DNA of 63,525 nt from Octopus bimaculoides (Eukaryota), in assembly GCF_001194135.2 (NCBI RefSeq), contig NC_068990.1:61764769-61828293 (forward strand), in the 5' to 3' direction. Every line of letters begins with the position of its first letter. Positions within the stretch are counted from its first letter, which is position 1. A model generated the notes under the pieces. It was not told where the DNA came from and did not search any database. It saw only the letters and a list, made by a program, of their open reading frames with translations. A program made the position numbers and the translations under genes. Below, piece after piece: positions 53,769-63,525 of the stretch.

Positions 53769-53935
53769 AGGTCTAAGCATGGCTGTGTAGTAAGAAGCTT
53801 ACTTGCCAACCACATGGTTCCAGGGTTCAGTTCCACCACGTGGTACCTTGGGCAAGACTTTTCTAATATAGCCTCAGGCTGACTAAAGCCTGGTGAGTAG
53901 ATTTGGTAGACAGAAACGGAGAGAAGGCCGTCACA
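53769..53935 (+). mobile_element. SINE family C, 5' half (head-to-head with the previous copy)
   Basis: ggctgtgtagtaagaagc...ggttcagttcc...ccttgggcaagact. Confidence 0.88.
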
Positions 53936-53936
53936 T

Positions 53937-54005
<69 letters not shown>

Positions 54006-54082
54006 CAAGGGGGTGCTGAAAAGTCCCTGGTTTTCAGGTGCTGTGTGTATATATATATATATATATATACACACGCACACAC

Positions 54083-54115
<33 letters not shown>

Positions 54116-54802
54116 CAGACAGATATATGAATATGTATATATATCCAGAAAGATGTAAACATTAGCAAGAAAAACAAAATGCTGATGCTGTGGAGGAAAA
54201 TTGCCTAATGATATTTGTTCTGCACTGAGCTACAGGCACACCCTTGCCCCTCTTGCATTTGTGAAATGCAATGACCCAGAATCAGATGCATGTAACAAAT
54301 GATGTGATTGCTCATGAAATGTAACATAAAACATAAATGTTGAACTTACATTACAACAGATGATAGTGATGATGATGATGACGATGATGATGATAATGAC
54401 AATGATTATGATAAATCATAAAAGAAAAAACAATGGAAGAGGAAATGGCAACTTATTAGTGTAACACATCATAATGAGAGAAGGAATTCATGGACGGAAA
54501 CATCGTTTAGAGATAAAAATGGTAGACAGAAAACACAAACATTTAACTGAATGCTGAAATCCATTCTCTAATTAACTGATTTTTTTTTTTTCTTCTTCCA
54601 GCACTCATGTTGGATTTCAACCAATTCTTTGCCAAACTATCCATGTAAGTTCAATTTGGCAGTCTGCAGTAAAGAGGTGGGAATGAACTAGTCCTGTATG
54701 TATTACAATATCTAGTTGCAGAGACCTTAATGAAAATGATACAGAAAGAAGAGGAAAAACTCGCTCAACAAGTGTGTATAACAAGTAAAAGAAACAGATG
54801 AT

Positions 54803-54848
<46 letters not shown>

Positions 54849-54860
54849 CATGTATATTTT

Positions 54861-55035
54861 GCTGGACAAAATGCTTAATGGCATCTATTCAGCCTTTACT
54901 TTCCGAGTTCAAATTCCACTGAGATTGACTTTGCCTTTCATCCTTTCGGGGTCAGTAAATTAAGTACCAGTGAAACACTGTGGTCAATGTAATCAACTAG
55001 TGCCCCACCCTAAAATTTCAGGCCTAGTAGAAAGA

Positions 55036-55067
<32 letters not shown>

Positions 55068-55325
55068 CAAGGTAGCAAGCCAGAAGAATCCTTAGCATGC
55101 TGTGCAAAATGCTTAGTGGCATTTCATCTGTCTTTATGTTCAGAGTTCAAATTCCACTGAGATTGATTTTTGCCTTTCATCCTTTTGGGGTTGATAAATT
55201 AAGTACCAGTTGTGTACTGAGGGTTGATCTAATTGACTGGCCTCCACCCCCAAAATTTCAGGCCTTTTGTTATAGTAGAAAGGATTGTTGTTGTTGTTGT
55301 TGTTGGTATTATTATTATTATTAAA

Positions 55326-55372
<47 letters not shown>
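54861..55372 (+). mobile_element. Two tandem SINE family B copies, each ending in (ATT)n
   Basis: gagttcaaattccactgag...gcctttcatcc...aaattaagtaccag...aaaatttcaggcc occurs twice (about 54861-55067 and 55068-55285 plus tail). Confidence 0.85.
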
Positions 55373-55883
55373 CATCAGAACAAGACGGGTCACTGTTTTT
55401 GCCAGTTATTGCACAATCAAATGAATGAAACGACTTAAATGAAAATGTCCCCGTCAGGTCTATTGACTTTATGATGAGTAGTGGGAATTAATGCATTTTA
55501 TGGTCACACCCATCACACCCACAGCAGATGTTGAATTTAATGCAACTACAAGCTGACAAAACACTTTCCCTCATTACCAGACAGTTGAAACAGCTGTAAC
55601 AGTAGAGTTGTAACTGATTGCCACCCTATGGCACCTTTGCACATTTAGGCAGATTGAACTTTTTGAAAGTTAAGTGTTTACATCAATAGAGCCAGTGCTA
55701 GGCCAAGATACAAACCACTCACTTAGTAATTTCTTCAGTATTCCATCTACCGCTTGGCCCTATACATGACAAGAAAGCATGGGTCCACGCTCAGAAACTT
55801 AACCCTTGTGTTACCATATTTTTTTTAAAAATATACTGACTTTGTTTTGATTAATTCCAAAAATAATGAAGAATTTACTCTTA

Positions 55884-56088
55884 CTCTTTTACTTGTTTCA
55901 GTCTTTTTGACTGTGGCCATGCTGGAGCACCGCCTTTAGTCGAGCAAATCAACCCCAGGACTTATTCTTTGTAAGCCTGGTACTTATTCTATCGGTCTTT
56001 TTTGCCGAACCGCTAAGTTACGGGGACGTAAACACACCAGCATCGGTTGTCAAGTGATGTTGGGGGACAAACACAGACTCACAAACAT

Positions 56089-56137
<49 letters not shown>

Positions 56138-56303
56138 TACGACGGGCTTCTTTCAGTTTCCGTCTACCAAATCCACTCACAAGGCTTTGGTCAGCCCGAG
56201 GCTATAGTAGAAGACACTTGCCCAATGTGCCACGCAGTGAGAATGAATCCGGAACCATGTGGTTGGTAAGCAAGCTACTTACCACACAGCCACTCCTACG
56301 CCT
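55884..56303 (-). mobile_element. SINE family C, intact reference copy (tRNA head, CORE-like segment, internal microsatellite)
   Basis: Minus strand: aggcgtaggagtggctgtgtggtaag (box A), ggattcattc (box B variant), ttgggcaagtgtctt CORE-like motif, (TA/CA)n, tail ...gactgaaacaagtaaaag. Confidence 0.92.
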
Positions 56304-56393
56304 ATTTAGTGAAATATAATTTTACCATTATTAATCTGGTGTTTGGAACAAATTAACATTGAATTTTGATGGAAAGTTTTAATTTAGATCACT

Positions 56394-56613
56394 TTAACCC
56401 TTTAGCATTCAGATTATTCTGTTGAATGTAATTCTTATTTATTCACATTATTTTTAATTAATCATGCATTATCTTGTAGCTTTGAGATTTTCGATTATGG
56501 GGTTTATCATTTTTAGAATGACATTATAGGTTAAGTGAAAGAGACTGTATTTGAACACAAAGCAAATAGAATATTTTGGCCGGATATGACCAGTTTAATT
56601 GCTAAAGGGTTAA
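56394..56613. mobile_element. piggyBac-type MITE nested in the previous MITE
   Basis: TTAA-CCCTTTAGCA...TGCTAAAGGG-TTAA perfect termini. Confidence 0.9.
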
Positions 56614-56727
56614 AAATTGAAGTTTATGTCATAAAGCCAAAGGTGATCTCAGCTCAGGTAGGTTGGTATCACAAGGGTTAATGAGAATAAAACCTGCTCA
56701 AAAAACATCAAAAAAATGCTTATTATT

Positions 56728-56872
56728 GTCATGTCATTTAATGTTCATTTTCCATGCTGGCATGGGTTGGACAATTTGACAGGGGCTGGCAAGGCAGAAG
56801 ACTGCATCAGGCATCACTGTTTTGGCAAGATTTTTTTTATGGCTTGATGCCCTTCCTATCACCAACCACCTT
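56728..56872 (-). mobile_element. SINE family D 3' fragment
   Basis: ccatgctggcatgggttggac...gatgcccttcct. Confidence 0.8.
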
Positions 56873-57782
56873 AGAGATAATGATATGAATCCCACAAATC
56901 TTGATAGGAATATGATTTGTCTGCTTTGAAAAGTGAAAAAGAGAGAAAATGTTTGCATCAGACACATGCATGAATACATACATGCATATACACCCAGAAC
57001 CATGCTAAAAGCTTAGGAGTGAAATTTAAGATTTCTCAGTTTCCTATAAATCAATTTTGATAAACTTTTCCCAGCTGGTTTGCACATGATGGTAACACCA
57101 AGTGAGAAAGTCTTTTACGTTTCAAGCCTATGCTCTTCGACAGAAAGGAACACAGAAATCAACAAGGAGAGAAAATAAAAAAGGTTTAGTGGCTAGTGAT
57201 CTAACATGGTGAATGCCGGATAGAGGGGTCACACAGGAGAGCTAGGAAGAAGGGGAGATAATAAAGTAGTAGAGATCCCAAAACAAAGGTGCATGTATAT
57301 GTGAGAGCGTGTATGTGCGTGTGCGCATTGGAATGTACAAGCAAGAAGGAAAAGATAACAAGACACTGATGTAGGAAAGAACTCACTGATAATTCTGAAG
57401 TGGCTTCACATGGCTATGTTTGCATTCAAATATATACTTACATGCGGGAGATTTGGAATTACAGTTAGTGAAGTTTGCAACTTGTTATACACACATACAC
57501 GCACGCACACACTCACATGTGCATGTATGTAAATATATGATCATACATAAACACATACACACATTTATATACATATACAAGCATACGCTTTGCGTACAAT
57601 CAAATGTGTACTTAAGTATCTGTAGATAAACGTAAAACCATATACTATACATGTGTGTGCATGTATAAAAGGAAATGAAAGAAAAGTGATTGAGAGGGTT
57701 TGTGTGAGAGTAAAGTGAAGTGCCCAAGGAAAAAGGTGTGAATGGAACAGTGAACTGTGCAAAAAATAAAGGGGACAGAGAT

Positions 57783-57992
57783 GCAGGTGTGTTCATGCGA
57801 TAGGAAGCTGGCTTCCAGATCACATGGTTCTGGGTTCAGTCCCATTGCATGACACCTTCGGCAAGTGTCTTCTACTTTTGCCTTGGGCCAACTAAAATTT
57901 TGTGAATGGATTTTGTTGGTGGGAACTGAAAGCAGCCTATTGTATATGTATATGTGTGTGTCTGTGTTTGTCCCCCCCCCCCACCACTTAGT
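57783..57992 (+). mobile_element. SINE family C, 5' two-thirds
   Basis: ggttcagtccc box B, cggcaagtgtcttctact, internal microsatellite, gtgtttgtcccccc. Confidence 0.85.
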
Positions 57993-58099
57993 AAAAAAAC
58001 AAAAAAACTCTTGCCTAAGGGGCCATGCAGTGGGACTGAACCATATATATATATAAATAAACACACACACACACATGTATATGCGCTCTCACACATGCT

Positions 58100-58290
58100 T
58101 CTCTATCTTTGACTTGTCTCAATCATTTGACTGTGGCCACACTGGGGCACCATCTTGAAGGGTTTAGTCAAAGAAATCAACCCCAGTTTCATTTTTTTTA
58201 AAGCTTGGTACTTACTCTAACAGTCATTTTTGTCAAATTGCTAAGTTGCAGGAACACAAACAAACCAACAATGGCTGTCAAGCAGTATAC
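58100..58290 (-). mobile_element. SINE family C, 3' half
   Basis: atcatttgactgtggcc...aaatcaaccccag...ggtacttact...gtcaagcagt. Confidence 0.8.
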
Positions 58291-58326
58291 ATACACATAC
58301 ATGTGTATATCTATATTTATATACAA

Positions 58327-58363
<37 letters not shown>

Positions 58364-58375
58364 CATACACATATT

Positions 58376-58674
58376 AGGCCCCATGGAGGCAAAGGCCCTT
58401 GGTGATATACGGTGCTTGTGTAGACCTGTCAAGCCAAGTGAGACTGTAGTCATGGCCGATTCTGGTGTCAAGTCATTGAGACCCATACCGGTGGCACGTA
58501 AAAGACACTCACTACACTCTTGGAGTGGTTGGCATAAGGAAGGGCATCCAGTCATAAAAAATCTTGCCAAATCAGATCGGAACCTGGTGTAGCCCCCCAG
58601 CTAACCAGTTTTCAGTCAAACCGTCCAACCCATGCTAGCATGGAAAGCGGAGGTTAAATGATTATGATGATGAT
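58376..58674 (+). mobile_element. SINE-like family D, longest copy, (GAT)n tail
   Basis: ggcacgtaaaag...ggagtggttggcataaggaagggcatccag...aacccatgctagcatggaaagcggaggttaaatgatt. Confidence 0.85.
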
Positions 58675-58681
58675 GTGTGTT

Positions 58682-58761
<80 letters not shown>

Positions 58762-58783
58762 CATACATACATACATACATGCA

Positions 58784-58821
<38 letters not shown>

Positions 58822-59349
58822 TTCACATACACACACAAATAATTTTTACAAAACAGCTCGAGTGCTAAAAGAAATGTATGCGAGGAAATCTAAGAGACAA
58901 TCAGTTTATTGGTGGCAATATTCCATTTCAATACTGACCCAATAACCTGGAAATTTATGAAAAACAAAGAGAAATTAGAGAGAGAGAGAGAGAGAGAAAG
59001 AGAAAGAGAAAGTGATCGTAACTGATGCAACAACAGCGGAGATGATGATGCTTGGGCAAGCATCTCCTTGCCAACCTGTAAAAGCTGCAAAGGAGAAAGT
59101 GTACCAGAAGCGACAATAAGATTGAACAAATGATGCCTGCTAGCAATAGCAAGAATGAATGACTGAAGAGAAGAGTGTGTGGTAGATAAAGAGTGTACTG
59201 ACAGTGCTGTGGAGAAAACGAGATTTCTAACTGAGCATCTCTAAAGGAATATCAGCAATTGGTTGGTCGGTGGTTGGGCTGGTCGGCAGTTGTGTGTAGG
59301 GATGGAGAGAAGAGATGAATGCACACACACACACACACAAACACACGCA

Positions 59350-59638
59350 CATTATTTTATAGATTGACGGAACGATAGATAGAAATAGAACAAGCTTCAC
59401 AAAAATAGAACGAATGATAGATAGAAAGATTGATAGAATAATAGATAAGAATGTGGATAGAAGACACGTAATGCAGGAGATAGTGATAGATAGAAAGATA
59501 AAGGTACAGACAGAGACAGACAAATAAATACATAAAGGCAGAGAAATAGACAGCCAGACAGTATATAACTATAAGAAAAAATGATATCCAAAGACAGACA
59601 GGATGATAGATAGAGAGATAGATAGATAGATAGATAGG

Positions 59639-59670
<32 letters not shown>

Positions 59671-59945
59671 TAGAAAGAGATGGATAGATAGATAGATATA
59701 AAGTGAGAGAGTTACAAGCAGACATGGTAGCAGATAGGTAGATAGACGGATAGATAGAGAGGGACAGATAAAGTGAGAGAGTTACAAGCAGACATGACAG
59801 ACAGACAGATACACAGGCAGAAAAATCATACGACTAGATGCATAAAATGTTAGAGAGAGAGATAGATGTAAGGTGAGAGAGTTACAAGCAGACTTGTTAG
59901 TAGATAGATAGATAAAGATAGATAGATAAATAGATAGATAGATAA

Positions 59946-59977
<32 letters not shown>

Positions 59978-60024
59978 ACTCAGAGAGTTACAAGCAGACA
60001 TGTTAGTCGATAGATGATAATGAT

Positions 60025-60059
<35 letters not shown>

Positions 60060-60130
60060 TGCTCCGAATGTCAATGTACACAGTGACATAATGACAAACT
60101 GATAGGTAGACAGACACAGATAGATGCAAG
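59350..60130. repeat. (GATA/GACA)n-rich block containing four copies of GAGAGAGTTACAAGCAGACATG
   Basis: Motif at about 59705, 59775, 59875 and 59981. Confidence 0.9.
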
Positions 60131-60381
60131 AAGCAGTGAGCAAGAAAGATAATGGGAGACGCTAATTATGGATATAATGTGTAAAAGCACTGGGTTACAG
60201 AGAGAATAATAACCTGAGCGAGGAAGACAGTGGAGGTGGTGGGGAAGAGAGAGAAGAAAAAAAACAAATAGAAAATGCTGTTTACTAAAGACTGTACTAA
60301 CACAAACTTAATGTGATACTGGAGTTTTCTTTAAAGTAGATACATGTGTGTGTGTGTGTGTGCGTGTGTGTGTGTATGCAT

Positions 60382-60759
60382 CCTTTTATGCTTCTGCTTG
60401 TTTCAGTTATTAGACTGTGGCCATGTTGGAGCATTGCCTTGAGGAAGTTTTGTTGAATGAATCGACCCTGGTACATTTTTGTTAAAAAAAAAAAAAAGAA
60501 GCCTAACACTTATTCTATCAGTCTCTTTGGCCAAATCATTAAGTTATGGGGACATAAACACACCAACACTGGTTGCCAAGCAGTGGCGGCAGGGAACAAC
60601 AGACACGAAGACACACATGCATAGTTTTAGCTTCCATCTATCAAATTCACTCACAAGGCTTTGGTTGGCATGAGGCTATAGTAGAAGACACTTTCCAAGG
60701 TACCACACAGTGGGACTGAACCCAGAACCAAATTTCACCACACAGCTACACCTATGCCT
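60382..60759 (-). mobile_element. SINE family C, near full length
   Basis: Colinear with the reference copy, with small internal deletions. Confidence 0.88.
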
Positions 60760-61119
60760 TAGCTTCTAATAGATGCAAACTTGTGAGACATTATGATAAG
60801 ATTGCTACCATAACTGAGGATGACAACACTTGTTATATAACTTGTTCTATTGGAACTCACAATATAGATTGGCTGCATAGTTCAGAACCCTGTAGAGCTC
60901 ACTGTTATGGCTTGGGCCAGCCAAGCTGGCTAACCAGGGTTGTGGTAACTAAACCAGTGCCTCATCCTGTTTCAACAGAATGAGAGTAAGAGCAGCACCC
61001 ACTAGTTGCAAATATAGGACTTTTGTGGAGTGTGACCTAGCTGGTCACTACATCCAGATAAACATGTTGCATAAATGTGCAGTGGAAACCGATAATAGAA
61101 GCAAGTTTTACATAGGAGC

Positions 61120-61300
61120 CACTATGATCCTGCTGAAATAGTGCCTCGTCAACCTCACTGATTGAGTACATTTGTACAAGGAAATGTTAGCTATAGTCTG
61201 AAATGGTTGGTATTGAGGAATACCCTGCCCTACCAAGGAGGTAGATATCCTTGTGCTCTTTGCAAAAATGGAGAGTTTGGAAGTCATTTTGCTTAATAAG
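61120..61300 (+). mobile_element. Possible highly decayed RTE-like fragment
   Basis: Fragments CLVNLT and GRYPCALCKNG resemble the GLxVNxxKTK and GKYPCxVCxKG motifs downstream of some RTE RT domains; many stops. Confidence 0.3.
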
Positions 61301-61409
61301 TGGAATGAGGCAGGATTATTTTGTGCTCATGGAAAATCTCACACTTCCTGATATCTATGTAATATCTATGATGGGATAGGCTAGTCTTCAGCCCTTACTC
61401 AGCAATGTT

Positions 61410-61744
61410 ACGATGTAAAGACCCCCTTTGGTCATGAATTTCCATGGGATTGCACCTAGAAAGTTACCTTCCAAAGCACAAGTCCAAGCAATGTTGTTTA
61501 TGGAAGACCAGTAGTTGTCCATGCATATCAGCGTCCCCTCTCTACACCACTGATATAATCCAAGGGAAAGGCAAAGGCTGATACAGCAGTGATGTGGCAA
61601 CACATGTCTACAGTTGAGTGAACTGGGGCAACATGAAATAAAGTGTCTTGCTCAAGAACACAACACACAGCTTGGTCGGGGAATCAAACTCACTACCTCA
61701 TGATTGTGAGCCCAACACTCTAACCACTGCATCATGTGCCTTCA
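61410..61744 (-). mobile_element. SINE family A, full length, alternative tail
   Basis: Minus head gtgaaggcacatgatgcagtggttagag, box B gagtttgattcc, gtgttcttgagcaagacacttt body. Confidence 0.85.
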
Positions 61745-62203
61745 CCACATGTTACAATGTAAATTTTTGCATGAGGCTGTCCCCGCAGATGTGCTTACAA
61801 AATGATGTTAGATATTCTGCTTCACATATCAAGCTACCCTTCTGGTCTTTTCCCACTTTGTACCTTTGTTGTCCTGTGCCCCAGTTTGTATGTATCCTTT
61901 CACTTTATCCCTTGATTCTCTCAATGAGGTTTTAGATTCATCCCTTCATCATCTTACCATCTGCACACTTTCCAGAACTTCAGATGTACCCAAGGATTGC
62001 ATGGCTGAAAATATCTTCTTTACCTGCAATACATACCTTAACTGGTTTGACTGCTTTTTATCCACCTACCATGTGTATATCCAGGGGATTATTTTTGCTA
62101 CTGGTACTGGAATTTGCCATCCATTCTATTCCCCATTTGAATTATGCATTCTGTAGGAAATCTTTGTGCCATTATTGTTATTGTTATTATTATTATCATA
62201 ATT

Positions 62204-62440
62204 AAGGCAATGAGCTGGCAGAAATGTTAGCACTCCAGGTGAAATGCTTTGCAGCATTTCGTCTGTCTTTATGGTCTGAGTTCAAATTCTGCCGAGGCTG
62301 ACTTTACTTTTTATCCTTTCAGGGTTGATAAAATAAGTACCAGTTTAACATTGGGGTCGATGTAATTGACTTACCCACCCACCCTTAAACTGCTGGCCTT
62401 GTGCCAAAATTTGAAATCATCATCATTATTATTATTATTA
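62204..62440 (+). mobile_element. SINE family B, full length, (ATC/ATT)n tail
   Basis: aaggcaatgagctggcagaaatgttagc...gagttcaaattc...aataagtaccag...ggccttgtgccaaaatttg. Confidence 0.9.
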
Positions 62441-62448
62441 TTTATATT

Positions 62449-62890
62449 GAGTGAGAGAGCAGTGCAATGCTGTCAGAATGACACTGGGATACAAATATAT
62501 GAAGCCCAATATACCCACCATATCCCATCTGATAGGGGTACACCAGGCGCAGGCATCACAACTATATGTGCTTGACATGGTGACCTCATTTCAAGATAAA
62601 TAGTATCTTGGAGGGGAGGCCAGTGAGAATTTTTTTCAGATTGATTGTTCCATCCCACACAAAAAGTCCCTGAATAAGGGTTGTTTAAGGATGATGAACA
62701 AAACACCCATACTTCCACAAAACAAAACACCATATTTCCCAAAAATTCCTTTTCAACACATGGCTATGATGCTACCCCACTGTGCCCGCTCGTGATCAGA
62801 GAGGCACATATTGACAACCACTAAGGGACATGTCCAGCTCGTTACAGTCAAGTAACTGACAGGTAAATCTGCAGTACTGAACAAAATATT
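62449..62890. repeat. Probable unclassified interspersed repeat
   Basis: Higher-GC non-coding block bounded by (ATT)n tracts. I recall it as a common octopus repeat; there is no second copy in the window. Confidence 0.4.
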
Positions 62891-63364
62891 ATTATTATTA
62901 TACACTGTGGGATGCACAGCCCTAAGGGCTTTCCTTTCTTTTCTCTACCCCCATTAAATTTGTGTCTCATGTTCTTTAATCCCTTCACTTCCTTCTCCTT
63001 CTATCCTATTCTCCCTATGTTAGCCCTACTGTTCATATTTGCATACTGGTGTACACAAAGGCCGTCACCTTTTTTTGTGTTGCATTTCTACTACGTGATC
63101 CTGATGAAAGAAACTAGCATCATTTATTTCTGCAACTGGGTTTTATGCTCAAATAACTGATGTCTGCCAATCACATGAAAGGAGTACATTATATCAAGAA
63201 TTAATCCTATGCTTTTTTTGTGATACACACACACATACATATATACTTATAAATACTCATGCAAGCATATAACTTATATAAATATATGCCTATATAAATA
63301 CTTATATACATACATGCATATATAGATACACACATACACACAAACATATATAAACACATTCATG

Positions 63365-63366
<2 letters not shown>

Positions 63367-63397
<31 letters not shown>

Positions 63398-63525
63398 TGC
63401 CGTTTAACGTCCGCTTTCCATGCTAGCATGGGTTGGACGATTTGACTGAGGACTGGTGAAACCAGATGGCTACACCAGGCTCCAATCTGATTTGGCAGAG
63501 TTTCTACGGCTGGATGCCCTTCCTA
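63367..63525 (-). mobile_element. SINE family D 3' part, young copy, runs off the window end
   Basis: (CAT)n then cgtttaacgtccgctttccatgctagcatggg...ggctggatgcccttcct. Confidence 0.9.

Larger units (their letters stand above)
55799..56681. mobile_element. piggyBac-type MITE hosting two nested insertions
   Basis: TTAACCCTTGTGTTACCA (55799) and TGGTATCACAAGGGTTAA (ending 56681) form an 18-bp inverted pair with 1 mismatch, TTAA included. Confidence 0.8.

Noticed and set aside
59705-60002. CRISPR-like array
   Set aside because: Eukaryotic DNA, spacers are low-complexity GATA of unequal length, and there are no cas genes.
473-63400. Dozens of ORFs rich in YI, HT, CV or X
   Set aside because: Translations of (TA)n, (CA)n, (TG)n microsatellites or N-gaps; not proteins.

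Overview
Very AT-rich, microsatellite-laden eukaryotic scaffold with 9 N-gaps. It is almost certainly an octopod cephalopod (Octopus-like), judged from its tRNA-derived SINE families and (TA)n/(CA)n/(AAT)n/(GATA)n load. Only one protein-coding gene is well supported: a minus-strand, single-coding-exon C2H2 zinc-finger transcription factor (40666-42129, 487 aa). It has five N-terminal Kruppel-type fingers, a low-complexity linker with CtBP-like and SUMO motifs, and a C-terminal finger pair resembling the Ikaros/Hunchback/TRPS1 dimerization zinc finger. The rest is intergenic/intronic DNA with four recurring SINE families, piggyBac- and mariner-type MITEs, and decayed RTE and HERO-like LINE fragments. 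The less obvious signals are (i) three or four minimal type I hammerhead-ribozyme-like cores, all on the + strand, of the kind associated with Penelope-like elements, and (ii) a 173-bp near-perfect inverted repeat about 1.6 kb upstream of the ZNF coding exon, centred on one of those cores. Nearly all other ORFs in the track are microsatellite, gap or antisense artefacts. All family assignments come from remembered motifs, not database searches. I cannot claim a novel system with confidence; the ZNF architecture and the ribozyme/hairpin set are the best leads.
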